Below are positions 11,086 through 24,744 of a DNA stretch of 64,000 bases, one piece after another. The position numbers and the translations under genes were made by a program. The first letter of the stretch is position 1, and each line of letters opens with the position of its first letter. The notes under the pieces were generated by a model. That model worked only from the letters and a program-made list of their open reading frames with translations. It ran no database searches and was not told the DNA's origin. Origin of the DNA: the human T2T-CHM13v2.0 reference genome, Homo sapiens; the NCBI RefSeq assembly GCF_009914755.1, contig NC_060935.1, one strand, 5' to 3'.

Positions 11086-13094
11086 TGGAAACTTGTGTCA
11101 TTCAGACATGATGACATTGCTTTCTTCACCATCCATCATGGTACCCACACTGTGTTCTGTGCTCCTAAAACTTAAATACTTGGCCCTAGGGATATATTTG
11201 TCCCCTGTTAGATGTTGAACAGGTATCTGAGAAGAGATAAAGACTAGGGACTTATTCTTGTTCAAACTCAGTATTTATTGGCTGACCTTATGTCTATCCA
11301 AGGACAGTCAAAACCGGGTGGTAGCCAACCACTTTACTTTTGAGTGATGGCTCTTGTTCTGCAGAATCTATGAATTTGAGTCATAAAAGAAAATGATGTG
11401 CTTATATTCTCAATCACTAGACTCTGGTTTTTCTTTTTCTTACATCATGCTACCAATGCCAGAGGCTGAAACAAGGACAAATGTGCAGAGGCTACATATC
11501 GCCTCACAGCTGGAAAATGGCTTTGACAAGCACACAAAGTATTCTTGCTGTGGATAATTTCCTTTCAACATAAGTAATATGTGTCCTCCATCATGACCTG
11601 TGTGAGGTTGGACTACATGATTGTTAGGTCTCTTCAAACCCAAGACTACTTTAGGTTATAAAAATTTCAAAGTAGGTAAACTTTGGCCTTAATCTTATTC
11701 AGCCCATCTTTTTTCCCTGCTCTTCTGACATTGCTTCTGTTTGCTACCTTTCACTAGTGTTCATTGATGGTTTTAGTGTATTCATGTTGTCCTCATTTAC
11801 CCAAGATCTTTATTTTAGGCCTAGTGCCAAGAGCCAAACTTCATTCTCACACATGTGATTTTATTTCCTGTGTTAGAACCAAAACAATCAGAATTCAGTT
11901 TTTAATAGCTAAAAGTTACAATTCCAAAAGAAATTTGACGTCATCAGGTCCTTCCTGAAAGAAATAATCACTGAACCAAAAAATGGATGTCCATGTATCA
12001 TTTATATAGCAGTTGCCTACCTTTCATATACAGTATATCAGGTTAGAGCTGTGCAATAGTATTTTATAATTTACATTATGAGCACGGATCAATGGTATAG
12101 TCAAAAATCCTACCTTTCAATCTGTTGCCTAACAGGCATTTGTTGGACACATTTAAAAACCAGCTGACTTATATTAAACATAATTGTGTGCTAAACTATA
12201 TATTTGGCCTTCAACCTAGAAAGAATGATTTTATAACTTCCATTTTGTAGGTTTTAAGAAGTTAAGTAACTTACCCTATATGACATATTTGGTAAATGTT
12301 AGACTTTGCTCTCAAGCTTTCAATTTGGCTGAGTAAATAACAATATTCATGGAACAGTTATAAAATAACATGAAAACACAAAGCAAGTCACAAGGCACTA
12401 CTTTATTAATTGAACCCATGTAATTTGGGAAATCTATTATCAATTTTCTGAATTAAAATAAAGGAGGTATTATTGTGAGATGGACTGTATTTAGAAAGCT
12501 CCCTAAAAGAGATGGATAATTACACTGGGTTGTGAAATATGTACAATGGCAGAATGTTTGTCGAAGGGAAGAATTTCAGAGAACGCAGGAACAATACATT
12601 ATTGGAAGGAGAAACTAGTAGGAGCACTGACAGATTATCAAATTACCAAGAAAATTTTCAATGGCTAGTGAGGCCTTGAATGAGGGATAGGGCAGGAGGA
12701 GGGATAATAAATAAAAACTAAATAGCTATTAGTGTTGAGGGAGATGTGAAGTGGAATTTGTGGCCACACTCCCCTTTCCCTCCATGAGCCACTTGGTCTA
12801 TAAAAAGACTGGCAACTAAGGTTTATTCAAGCGGAATTCATTGGTATCTACACTAAGAGTTTTAAAAGCCACATTGTGACATACAGAGAATTTGGATGGA
12901 TGGCCTGACAACAGGCAAACATCAAGGAAATTTATTTGTTTATTAGTTGGTCAGTTAGTTTGTTTGTTTGAAAGTTGCATTTCTCTGTCTTTTGACAGAT
13001 AAAAAGATGGGAACATATATAACTGAGAGTAAGAGAAAGAAAAAATTAAAATTCACCTACAATGTGGATGTGGTAAATGAGAAGGAAATTGATA

Positions 13095-13360
13095 TGTTTA
13101 AGTACCTAATGTCAGCCAGAAACTGTACTAATTTTTTTTTTTTACACATTGCTTCACTTAATCCCCATAACAACTATAAGAAGTAGATGTTACTTAAAGA
13201 GGGGGAGCTAAAATTTAAGGGATTTTTTTTTTTTTTAGTTATACTTCAAATTGAAGAAATAATTTAGAGAAGTTTAATACCTGGCCTAAAGTCATATAGT
13301 TAATAAAAAATAAAGTATTTAAACCAGCTCTCACTGATATCAAAGTCCATTGTCTCATTA
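13095..13360 (-). mobile_element. MIR
   Basis: 'ttcacttaatccccataacaactataagaagtag...agagaagtttaatacctggcctaaagtcatatagttaat'. Confidence 0.65.
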
Positions 13361-13591
13361 AATGAATCTCATATTTAAAAAAGAAAAAACCTTAATAATT
13401 TACTGAGATGAAGCATTCTTAGGAAATTTAATAAGCAAAATATTCAGATAAAAATTAGTATTTTAGTCAAGCATTTCTGTGCAACACATCAACCCAATAA
13501 AGTGGTTTAAAACAACAACTTTTTCTTTTTTTTTCCTTTTTTTCTTGAAATGAGGTCTTATTTTGTCTCCCAGGCTGGAGTGCAGTGGCAC

Positions 13592-14210
13592 TATTACCAG
13601 AAAGTGGTCCTGATCCAGACCCCAAGAGAGGGTTCTTGGATCTCACACACTCTATGACTCCATAGAGTAAAGTGAAAGCAAGTTTATTAGGAAAGTAAAG
13701 GAAGAGAGAGGGGCTACTCCATAGGCTAGGCAGCAGCATAGGCTGCTCAGCTGCTTATACTTACTGTTACTTTTTGACATATGCTAAACTAGCAGTGGAT
13801 TATTTATGAGATTTCCAGGAAAGGGGTGGGCAATTCCCAGAACTGAGGGTTCCACACCTTTTTAGACCATATAGGGTGACTTCCTCATGTTGCCATGGCA
13901 TTTGAAAACTGTTATGGTGCTAGTGGGAGTGACTTTTAGCATGCTAACGCATTATAATTAGCATATAATGAGGAGTGAGGACAACCAGAGGTCACATTTG
14001 TTGCCCTCAGTGATTTTGGCTGGCTTGGGCTGGCTTCTTTACAATATGCTGTTTCATCAGCAAGGTCTTTGTGCTCTGTACCTTGTGCGGACCTCCTAAC
14101 TCATCCGCAACTAAGAATGCCTTAACCTCCTGGGAATGCAGCTGGCTTCAGCCCTATTTTACCCATCCCCTATTCAAGATAGAGTAGCTTTGGTTTGATC
14201 GCCTCTGACA
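13592..14210 (-). mobile_element. MER41B solo LTR (ERV1)
   Basis: The minus strand begins TGTCAGAGGCGATCAAACC and ends ...GGGGTCTGGATCAGGACCACTTTCTGGTAATA, matching the recalled MER41 consensus. 4-bp TSD gcac/gcat. Confidence 0.93.
13813..13842. promoter_or_regulatory. Tandem GAS (STAT) motifs in MER41B
   Basis: TTCCAGGAA (13813-13821) and TTCCCAGAA (13834-13842) both fit TTCNNNGAA. The motifs are seen directly; activity is unknown. Confidence 0.6.
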
Positions 14211-16599
14211 GCATGATTTTGGCTCATTGCAGCTTTGACTTCTCCCCGGCTCAAGTGATCCTCCTGCTCAGCCCCACAAGCAGTTGGGACTATAGGCACA
14301 TGCCACCACACCCAGCTAATTTTTGTATTCTTCTTGTGTGTAGAGATGGGGTTTTGCCACGTTGCCCAGGCTGGTCTTGAACTCCTGGGCACAAGCTATC
14401 TGCCTGCCTCGGCCTCCCAAAGTGCTGGATTACTCGTGTCAGTCACAGTGCCCTGCCCAACAACTTTTAATTATCTCTCATGCTTCTCTATCAATTAGGA
14501 CCTCAGCTGAGTCGTTCTGCTATATTGCATCAGATGTCAGCTGGTTCTGCAGTCATCTGGAGGCTCTGCTGGTAGAACACCCAGCACACTTCACTCAAAT
14601 GGCTGGCTGCAGCTGGTGCTAGTTATGGTCTGGGATCTCAGATGAGGCTGCTAAGCTGAATGTGTTGTTACTCCTTTACATCGTCTCTCCACATGGCTTG
14701 AACTTCTCACAGCATGCCTGCTGGATTCGAAGAGATGGCATTCAAGTGCTTAAAAATGTAAGCAAATCTCTTAATATTCAGCCTGAGTATTACATAGGGC
14801 TTCTACTGCCATATTCTCTGGTTGAAAACAATCCTTGGATCAGCCCAAACTAAAAGGGTAGAGAAAGAAATTCCACTTCTCAAGGAAGGAATGACAAGTT
14901 TTGGGCCCTTTTTAATCAACATCTAAGTAAGCTGCTTGTGATGAAAGTGAAGGTGGGGAACGGAAAAAGTGGGAAGGTAAAGATCAAAAGCAAAATGCTC
15001 CCGAGAGTCCTTAAAAAGCTAACCGTGTATGCTTGGATTCCAAGAGAGAGACTCCAGATAGAGCTAGGAATAGAAAGATTTCCTAGCATTAGGGATTTCC
15101 TAGTAATTGGGAGCAAGGTAGATGAACATTTACCGTTTCTCATAATTTCTGTAGTCAGGCTTCAGGTACAAAATTAGGCTAATATATTGTCTGTTAATTA
15201 TATGTATTTCTTAATCATATATTCATTGAGGAGATACCTTGGGAGGGTTGAGAGGGAAGATAACTGAGAGATGGTGATATTGCTAATACTACCGATATAC
15301 GGGACCCCTCTGCAATTACATGTCTTTTAGTTAATTTCATGTGTATATATTCAGCCATTGACAGTATACTCTGTATCTTCTGTGGGTAGGAGCCACAGCA
15401 CTGTATTCATTTCGCATGCTTAATCACGCCTACAGATTCAATTCATTCAGACTGTTGTAAAAATAAATGCTGCTCAAAAATGCAGCTCCCCCATGTAACC
15501 TCCTAGGCAAAAGGAGACAGAATAAAATCAGCCAACCATTTTTTCTGCCTAGTAATTTCAGGGAATAACCTTTTAGTTAATACCCTAAGTGCAGAGGCCT
15601 GCAGCATACACCCAGGTGAAAAGTTTCACCCCACATTGACCTGTCTTAGGGAGAGGCAAGCACTTGCTGAAGAAGCAAGTTCTCATTACTAATTAGTAAT
15701 TCATTATTGCACGGTTTCAAGGGAAACTTATGACCTGTTAAGACTAAAAATGAACACAATCATTAATATTTCCATCACTTTGGAATAGGAAACAATTTCA
15801 GTCTAAAGTGCATGATTTCTGGAATTTATTTCTCGATGCTTCTGTTGTTATAATATTTCTTGAAAGCCTGGTTAAACAAATAAAAATAGCTATGTTTAGC
15901 CTAAAATGATTACTTTTCTCTGCCATTGACAATGAGTTAGCATTTACTACAAAATTGGCATTACATGTTCTTTGCTATGAACGTAACTTTATTTGAATCA
16001 AAAAAGTCAAGCAACAAAAGTTTAAACTCATTTCTTTGAATTTTGACAAGAGTGTAAAATTGGGATAATTTTCATTAAATGTGTTATACATTTAGCAGAG
16101 TAAAAGCAAATAAGTATTTAATCACTACTGAGAAAATTACAAATTATAATCATGTGGGATCCTCACACCAGAATAGAAAACATGAGAATAGATTATAAGA
16201 AATAATAAGAAAAACAATTGGGATTTTTCCCCCAGAAATCTGGGGGCAAGTGTTGCAATGAGAAAACATAAAGTTACTGATTATTGTATTTTATTATCAA
16301 ATATCATCTTAAGTCATATTGAAAATGTGGCCATCTGTTCTCCAGTGTCTTCAAAATCTAATAGCCCAATCCCAATCCTTTCAAAAACATTCTAAAAACA
16401 AAGGATGAAAATTATTTATATTGGTAGAGATAGATACTTTAATTGAAATCAGTTTATAAATATGTAACATTTGATAAACAAATCTGAACACATAAACCAT
16501 TTTTAACTATTATAAAATTATTGATTTCTGCCTCCAAAATTCCAGCGAAATTGTCCCTAAGCCACTAATCCCATGGTTCTATTGGTTTATGGCCTGTTT

Positions 16600-17690
16600 G
16601 AGACATTTTTCTTCTCTTTTCCACTCCCTCTTACAATTTTTTCTTCCCTTGGCTTTGTGGGCACCTCTATGCCCTGGTAGTTTTCCTCCCCTCTGATTGT
16701 GTTCATCTGGATCATTTCCCTCTCCCGCCTTTGTTCCACATGTCTGTTTCAAATCACCCATTCCTATTAATAAACTCATTATAACTTTTGAATCTCAGAA
16801 TCTCCATCCCTGGACTATCTGAAACTCGCCATTTTAAAATTTAGTACATTATCTTCTTACAAAAAATGTTTTCCATCTCCTTATTTAATGTACCTATATA
16901 GTGGCATCACCATTTTAATAGTCTCCTTGGAAAGAAATCTAAGCCATCGAGGTGCCTCTATTCTCTCCCTTCTATGTTACTGCATCCAATATATTAAACT
17001 CTCACAATTCAGTTTCTGGCATTTGTCTTGAATTCATTCTTTCTTCTCTGACCCCATAGGGTGCCAGCCCTCCATTCAGTCTTTTTCCTCAACAATTCTG
17101 ATTATTTTTTCTGTGTCTTTGCTCCCAAAAGTTGCCTTTTTTATTATCATGGGAGCTTCCTCTTTCTAATATGTACACTAGGACATAAAACTAAATAAAA
17201 TCTCTCCATTTTCTAAGAAAAAACATACAAATTCCATAGAATCCGTGCAATAGCTGTCAGTCACCTAATTGCTAGTTTCCTCTCCGAACACTTCCAGTCC
17301 TTTCACCTTTGTTATCTAACATTAGAGGACCATGCCTGCTGAAGCCTATCTCCATGTCAATGTACATGATTTTTCTTCCTCCTGAAATATTCTAAAATTT
17401 TCCCACCTGGTAAATTTCAGATTACTCTTTAAGACCCAGGTGAAGTGTTGTTTTATCTGCAAAGAGTCTCTTAAGGAAGTTCATTCTCTCCCATTTGCTA
17501 TAATATTAATTTGAACATTTCTTTATTATTACATGATGTTGCATTGTATTTATGAAGGATGACTGTATGCATGAAGGATTCTACCACTAAACTTCAGCTT
17601 CTTGAAGAAGTAGTCCATTTCTTCTTGATCTTTATATTACCAGTGCCACAAATAAGCGCTAAGAATACTTAAATGAGTTACTTGCATTAT
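16600..17690 (+). mobile_element. Degenerate L2
   Basis: Pyrimidine-rich L2-like body, 'ctctttaagacccaggtgaagtg', and an L2-like 3' end near 17590-17680. Confidence 0.55.
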
Positions 17691-17719
17691 TTTGCATAAT
17701 GCACTTTAGTGTTTGGCAG

Positions 17720-17922
17720 GCCTATACTCAAAGCTCACTCTGAAACTTAATTGGGTGATTCAATTACCTAATTTCTCAAAATCACATTTGCCTCATCTGA
17801 AGACATTGGTACCTACCTCACAGGGTTGTTGTGAGAACTAACATTATATAATGCATGTGAAATACTTAGCATAGTGTCTGACACTTAATAAGTACTCAAT
17901 AAATTCTGACTGCTACTATTAT
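17720..17922 (+). mobile_element. MIR
   Basis: Core 'acctacctcacagggttgttgtgagaactaa...atgcatgtgaaatacttagcatagtgtctgacac...tactcaataaat'. Confidence 0.85.
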
Positions 17923-18528
17923 AGGGCTTCAGTTGAATAGAAAAGGAAGTAGAGACAGATGAAATAGAATGGTTTGGGATAAAATTGAGAAGTCAAAGGA
18001 ATGAAAGCTTAATTAATTTGAGTGATCATTTTGGTAGAGATAAAGGAATGAGAATAACTGGAATAAAAGGAGGTTGTAGTGAGAGAGTGTTATAAATTAT
18101 TATATTCTGTCAGCAGTTTAATGTTCTGCTCTAGAGCACTGCATTTTGATGACATGATCCAAAATACTGTCATAAGTAAGGGTAGACAAGATGGATTGTA
18201 AGATAATCAGAGTTGAGGTGAACAAGAAATTAAATGTTGTGAAATATTATTGTTCAATTTGGAAATGTTTATATTTGGTGATTGCCATAGAAATTTCAGA
18301 TAGTAGATAGGCCTTGAGTTAAGAGGAATAGTGTGAATCAGTCACCAGATTCTTTAAAATATGTTCAGGAGTGACCAAGAAATTGGTAAAGAACAGTGAC
18401 GTGAATGGGATAAAGGATGACTTATACAAGGATGGGAGTACAATGAACTGGAAAGTTAGATTTGTGACTCAATCGTTTGCTTTTGTGAAACAAGATATAT
18501 GGGAGGGTGGACACTCTCTACTGTAAAG

Positions 18529-18745
18529 CAGGAGCTGATCACCAAGGCCCTTAAATCTGGCCTGCTGCTTGTTTTGTAAATGAACTTTCATTGAAACACA
18601 GCAACACTCATTAATTTATACATTGTCTGTGACTGTTTTTGTACTGCAGTGGCAGAGTTGATTAATTGCAGCAAAAACCATATGGCCCACAAAGCCTAAA
18701 ATATTTACTATGTGGCCTTTTATAGGGAAAGCTTGCTTAACCATG
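18529..18745 (+). mobile_element. MER58A (hAT-Charlie DNA transposon)
   Basis: 'aaatctggcctgctgcttgttttgtaaat...ccatatggcccacaaagcctaaaatatttactatgtggcctttta' matches MER58A. Confidence 0.88.
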
Positions 18746-20294
18746 CTCTAGCAGTCTGCAGCCAAATCAGTGTCTTCTAATATATGCTAGGGTATAATTA
18801 ATGCAAGGAATTAGAAAAGAATTTTGTGTCTAGTTGAGAATATGAAGAGGAGTTTACCACAAACAGTGGATTTCAGAAGGTCTGGTGAATTTTAAGAGAG
18901 ATAAGAAAGGAAGCAGGAGAAATTGAATGTGTCCAGGAGGAGCAGCATTGAGCAATATGAGAGTGGCTACCAGAAGGTGGTCAAACTGAAAAGCTTATCT
19001 TTGGGGCAGTGACTAAGAATTTCTAAGCATAATTAAAGAGGCCTAATGACACCTAAAGAATCATGGTGTCAGGTACTATAAGAGCCGGTGTAAGCTAATG
19101 CCTCAGGTGATGCCAGATACCTGACAATACAAAATTTGCCCACCCAATAATGGTGAGGCCCTGGTTGGGATCCTAAGCCTGGGGACATTACTGTGTAAAT
19201 AGAAGTAATTATACCAAAAAGAACTTAACACCCCTAGGCTACAAGTCCTTGTATATCCCAAGGATTACTAGACCACAAACCAAAAATGAAGACAATCATT
19301 GTATATGAGCAATCTATCATTTCATTTCACAGTATAGCATCTAGATAGATAAATGAGTGATAGAATGATCTCTCTCTACATGCAGAAATATATATCAATA
19401 TATGTATATACATTATCTTATCTATCTTTAGTCATTCTTTTTCAGGTAGAGAATTCTATATGGGGGAATTTCAATGCTCAATTCTTGAACTACACATTTT
19501 TACTTAGGACAAAGGAAAATAGGCTGTACTTTTTAGAATATAAAATATTCATCGTTTCCCAATAAGCATTATAGTTACCACAGCCTGCTTAAAGTTGTTC
19601 ATTGTTAACTGACATTCAAACTGTTTGGATTTCATGTGAATTAAACTGTCGAAGCTCAGTAGTATATTTATTATCTGTGCTACACACACAAATTTATTTA
19701 CCACACACTTCAAACATCTGTTACTACATTTTAATAGTAGTTGTTGACATGACATAGTAAAAAAGTAAAATGAGTCCATTTAAAAGGTTGATTATGGTGC
19801 AAAACTGGTAAAAATGTCATGCATGTGTATATCCTTCAAAGATGTCTATGAGCACAGGGAATGTGATCAGGGGCAGCAAATTTAAATCCAGAGGTACAGA
19901 AACACAGTGAACAACCTTGGGTGATATATAAAGACTCATATTTAGTTTTCATTTAAGGCCTAGATAATTCCTGGGGAGAAAATGACAATACAATGTAATT
20001 GTCTTATTACAAAGTAATAAGAGAAATGAATATAAAGTTCTGCCTGAAGGAATGAGAAATACTTCACAAAGAATCAAATTTTTATCCTAAGAAGAATGAG
20101 TAAGAATTCACTACCCAAGAGGAGAGACTGTGTTTGGCTTGCCTTACTGTTACGATAGTAACAGAAGGAAAGTAAGAATGTGCAAGTCAGGTAATTTTTC
20201 AAAGGCATCAATGATTTTAACCATTACTCCATTTCAGATATACATTCAGTTGTGTGTTGATACAAATAATTATTTACCTATCTTTTATTGGTTG

Positions 20295-20430
20295 CATTCA
20301 TTTATCCATTCCTTTATTATTTCTTTTAAAAAATACTTATTGAACCACTGCCATGTGCAAAGTGCAGTAGTAGTCCTGGGTAAAGAAAGATGCGACCCTT
20401 GAAATGTTTACTCAGGTAAAAAGACAGACC
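20295..20430 (-). mobile_element. L2 3' end
   Basis: 'cattcatttatccattc...atacttattgaaccactgccatgtgcaaagtgcagtag'. Confidence 0.6.
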
Positions 20431-21671
20431 TTAGAGGGATCAGTGCAATTACTGGAGTAATGTTACCACAGAGATGTGGTAATGTTATAATGTGTAATGT
20501 TACCACAGGGATAGCGATGACAGAAGTTTTTCCCTTTGCTAGGTGGGAAAGTCTTAATTAAGGGGATAACTTATTGTAGCAAATCCACAAAAGTATAATT
20601 TTTGTAAGAAAATTTTTTATGCTCTTTTTAGGATAAATCTTTGATAGTAACAAGGCTGACAGACAAGGCAAGGAAAACTTTCTGTTTGTTGCCACTGGAA
20701 TGGAAGCAATAAAGATTTTTCAAATATGTTGCATAGCATTTCAATGTGGAAAGGGAATTAGTTTAGCTAATCCATTTTACTTTTAAAGAGTTATAAGATT
20801 ACTGCACTTATCCCATTCAAGAAAGAAATCATTGCTGACCTCTAAAGTCTCTTCCAACACTGACAGTCTGTTAGTTAATAACCATTGGAAATGTTAAAAA
20901 TAAACAATATTAAGTTTCACCTGAGTTTATGCAGTGCTGAGGACAACGCTTTTTTTTTCTCAGACATTAGAATGGGTTGTGGCAGAAATTCCTCTCTTAT
21001 TTCTCCAAGACATCTTATCATATTTGTAAAAGTAATTAACTTCAAGTACATATTTTCTGATCATTTTGGCCATTGTTTGTAATGTAAAAAGATAAATTAT
21101 ACTGCTATGCTAGTTTGATAAGGCAGAATAAAAGAAGTGGTGTTATTGTGATTGTGTATTTTTAATTTTAAAATGTAGATTATTTTAATGTTATATTCAG
21201 TAATATTTTTGAAGTCGCTTGTATGTGACTCAGTTATTTATAGCAGGCTGGGACCAGACCTAGAACAAAATCTTCCTATATAGGAGGAACAGGCGCTGCT
21301 TATAGAAACTGAATAGCAGATGCTGAGGGGAAGGACAGTCTGAAGGACAGAATGCAGTATTCAGAGCAGTGTCCTGATAAGGGGTTTGAGGAGGGCATAG
21401 AGACAAATTCCAACAGCAGCATTCAGGATTCCAGGAGAAACGCCTGAAGGACACCTGTCAGCAGGTAGCTCACTGGATTGCAGGCACTGGCCTGAGTTTC
21501 AAGGTTAAACTTTAAGCAGGGAACCTGGAGAAGCAAAATAAGCCACAGTCTTAGAGAAGCTGGGGTCACAGACATGTCACAAAGACTTTTTAGGCACAAG
21601 AAACAATCTAAATATCCAGTTACCAGGTCTAGTATATTGGGAGGACAGTGAGTTCAAAGAAAAGCAGTAGT

Positions 21672-22520
21672 TCAAAGACAAGTTTTGTGGGGAATAGATA
21701 ATCCTTGCACACTCTTGGTGGGAATGTAAATTAGTGCAGCTACTATGGAAAACAGTATGGAGATTCCTCAGAAAGTTAAAAATAGAATTATTTGATCCAA
21801 CAATCCCACTTCTGGGTATATATTCAATGAAATTGAAGTCAGGATCTTGGAGAGATATCTGTACTTTCATGTTCATTGCAGCATTATTCACAATAGCCAC
21901 AATATGGAAACAACCTAAATATCCCTCAACAGATGAATGGATAAAGAAAATATGGAATATATAGTGTGTGTATACATGTATATGTATATAAAATGGAATA
22001 TTACTCAGCCTTAAAAAGAAAGGAAATTTGCTATTTGTGACAACATGTTTGAATCTAGAGGACATTCTAAGTGAAATAAGCCAAGACAAACACTGAATGA
22101 CCCCAACTTTTATGAGGAATCTAAAATAGTCAACCTAATAGAACAAGAGACTAGAATAGCGGCTGACAGGAGCTGGAGGGAGGGAGAAATGGGGAAGTAT
22201 TGGTCAAAGGGTACAAAATTGTTTTAGTCATGCAAGATGAATAAGTTTTGGAGATCTACTGTACAGTGTATGGCCTGTGGTTCACAATGCTGTGTTGTAT
22301 ACTTGAAAGTTTGCTTTCATGGATAGATCTTATGTCAAGTACTCCTGCAAAAGAAATAAAAAATAAATACAGGAAACTTATGGAGGTGATAGATAAGTTT
22401 ATGGCATAGATTGTGGTCATGATTTTATGGGTGTATAGTTACCTCCAAACTTATCAAGTTATGTGCATTAAATATGTACAGCATTTTGTACGTAGATCAT
22501 ACCTCAATAATGTGGGTATT
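21672..22520 (+). mobile_element. 5'-truncated L1MB1/2-like element
   Basis: ORF2 C-terminal remnant ([27 protein letters not shown]) plus L1MB 3' UTR. Possible TSD aaagcagta at 21661-21669 and 22529-22537. Confidence 0.88.
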
Positions 22521-22759
22521 TTTTCAGTAAAGCAGTAATATATTTATTAGGGGCTTAGTCTCTTTGAACCATGACATTTCAATTCCTTCCCTTGTCCCTT
22601 CCCTATCAACGCCAGATGTCTGACGTGGAGGGTTAGAAGAGTCCAATCAGAGGTAGGAAGTCAGTGGTTATTAGAATTGACTCAGATTTGAGTATTTTCA
22701 AACCAATATTTCTAAGTTCTCAAAATTATATTAAAAGTGTTTAAGAAAAACGAAATTCA

Positions 22760-22900
22760 ATTATTCATTAATAAGCATTTATAGTTCTTACGCTGTGTAC
22801 CAGTTATATATTAAGTGCTGAAAATAACAAGATGAATAAAACATGACATCTGCCCTTGAGAATCTCACAGTCTAGAGGACAAAAGGACCTGATAAAGTGT
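22760..22900 (-). mobile_element. L2 3' end
   Basis: 'aagatgaataaaacatgacatctgcccttgagaatctcacagtctag'. Confidence 0.65.
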
Positions 22901-23741
22901 AATGCAGTAAGGTAAGTTCTATTATCACAAAACTGAAGAATAACCTTGAGTTTTTTAAGGGCTAGCTCTTGCTCAGAAACTCTTAATCGTTTTACTATCT
23001 CCCCATCTATTGCTAACTGAAAAAGGACTATGCTTTATCTTGCTGTCAATCCAGCACATGCATTATCCACATCTACCATTTCCATAAGAATTCTCCCCTC
23101 CACTTCATACTCAGATTCTTGTGATCTAACCAAATTACTGACTTACCTGTCAACTCTCAGACACAATTTATTATTTTCTGCACTTTTATTTGTGCTTATG
23201 GAGTTTCTTTCAACCTAAAATTTTCATCTTTTCCTCTCCATTTTTCAAATCCACTGAAGGTCATCAAAAATATTGTTTTCTCCTTGGAGCGTTTACTGAA
23301 TTCTCCAGACAAGGCAACTTCTCCTTCCTTTAGACTGGCATAATAAATTCCATGTTTCACAGGAACTGTTCATAAACATTGAGCAGTGACTAGAGTTACC
23401 CTTCAATTATTTCCATTCAAACCCTATCATAGAATCATAATTTAGGGACTCTGTTCAGGAACCATATCTTGGTGATTATTTTGTATCTGCCTTACAATAC
23501 CTAACCCAGAGCCTAATATATGATAAGCACTTAAAAAATACCATGAATGCTTCAATATAATATAATTCCCCAAATAGAGTGAGCCTCCATATTCCCAATG
23601 AGAATTTTACTAATCAAATGATTTTGCCCTAGAATAATATACATTCACTTATCAGTTTGATGTTTATGAGGTTATCTGATAACTAGTTTTAATTCTGTTT
23701 ATTAAATTAGTTACATTTATATATTTAAACCACATATTTTA

Positions 23742-24045
23742 GGCTGAGCTCCGTAGCTCACACATGCAATGCTTGCATTTCAGGAAGCCTAGGGAGGAGG
23801 ATCACTTACATTCACAAGTTCGAGACTAGCTTGGGCAACATAGTGAGACCTCATCTCTACAAAAAATAAAATTAGCAAGGTGTGGTGGTGCACACCTGTA
23901 GTCCCAGCTCTTTAGGAAGATGAGGTAGGAGGATCACTTGAGCCCAGGAGGTGAAGGCTTCAGTGAGCTATGATTATGCCACTGCACTCAGCCTGGGTGA
24001 CAGAGTGAGACCCTATCTCAAAATAACTGCATAAATAAATAAATA
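23742..24045 (+). mobile_element. AluJ
   Basis: Diverged dimer with J diagnostics ('gggcaacatagtgagacc', 'ggatcacttgagcccaggag', 'gagctatgatt'). Confidence 0.93.
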
Positions 24046-24291
24046 GTATATCTTTTCAAATAACAAAATTATTAAGAAATAGCATGTTTTTCCATCTCAC
24101 TCTTAATATATGATACAACTTACTCAAGCTCTTATACAAAACCCGCTCATCAAGATCTTTATCTTCTCTAGAGCTACATTTAAAGTCCTCATGATCATTT
24201 CCCAGGATGCAATCTAAGCATTTTTTGAATATGTGATTCTTATAGTCTCTGGAAATTTTATTTCACAGACCTAATCAATTTACATATCTTC

Positions 24292-24642
<351 letters not shown>

Positions 24643-24744
24643 TCATTTGACCTTGGAGCATTTACTGAATTCTCCAGACAAAGGCAATTTCTATAGGTGC
24701 ATACTCATAATATCAACATAATATACATCTACTTCATTTTTGAA

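Larger units (their letters stand above)
13520..14457 (-). mobile_element. AluJ split by MER41B (pieces 13520-13591 and 14211-14457)
   Basis: Poly-T plus 'caggctggagtgcagtggcac', resuming after the LTR as 'gcatgattttggctcattgcagc...'. TSD caacaactttt on both sides. Confidence 0.92.
13465..14920 (-). mobile_element. MLT1 (G/H/J-like) LTR split by AluJ and MER41B; own sequence ~13465-13520 and ~14460-14920
   Basis: 'agtggtttaaaacaacaac' upstream of the Alu and 'ctgcagtcatctggaggctc...ctccacatggcttgaacttctcacagcatg' downstream. Confidence 0.7.

Noticed and set aside
21577-22089. Longest ORF (170 aa)
   Set aside because: It is antisense to an L1MB remnant and has no recognisable domain.
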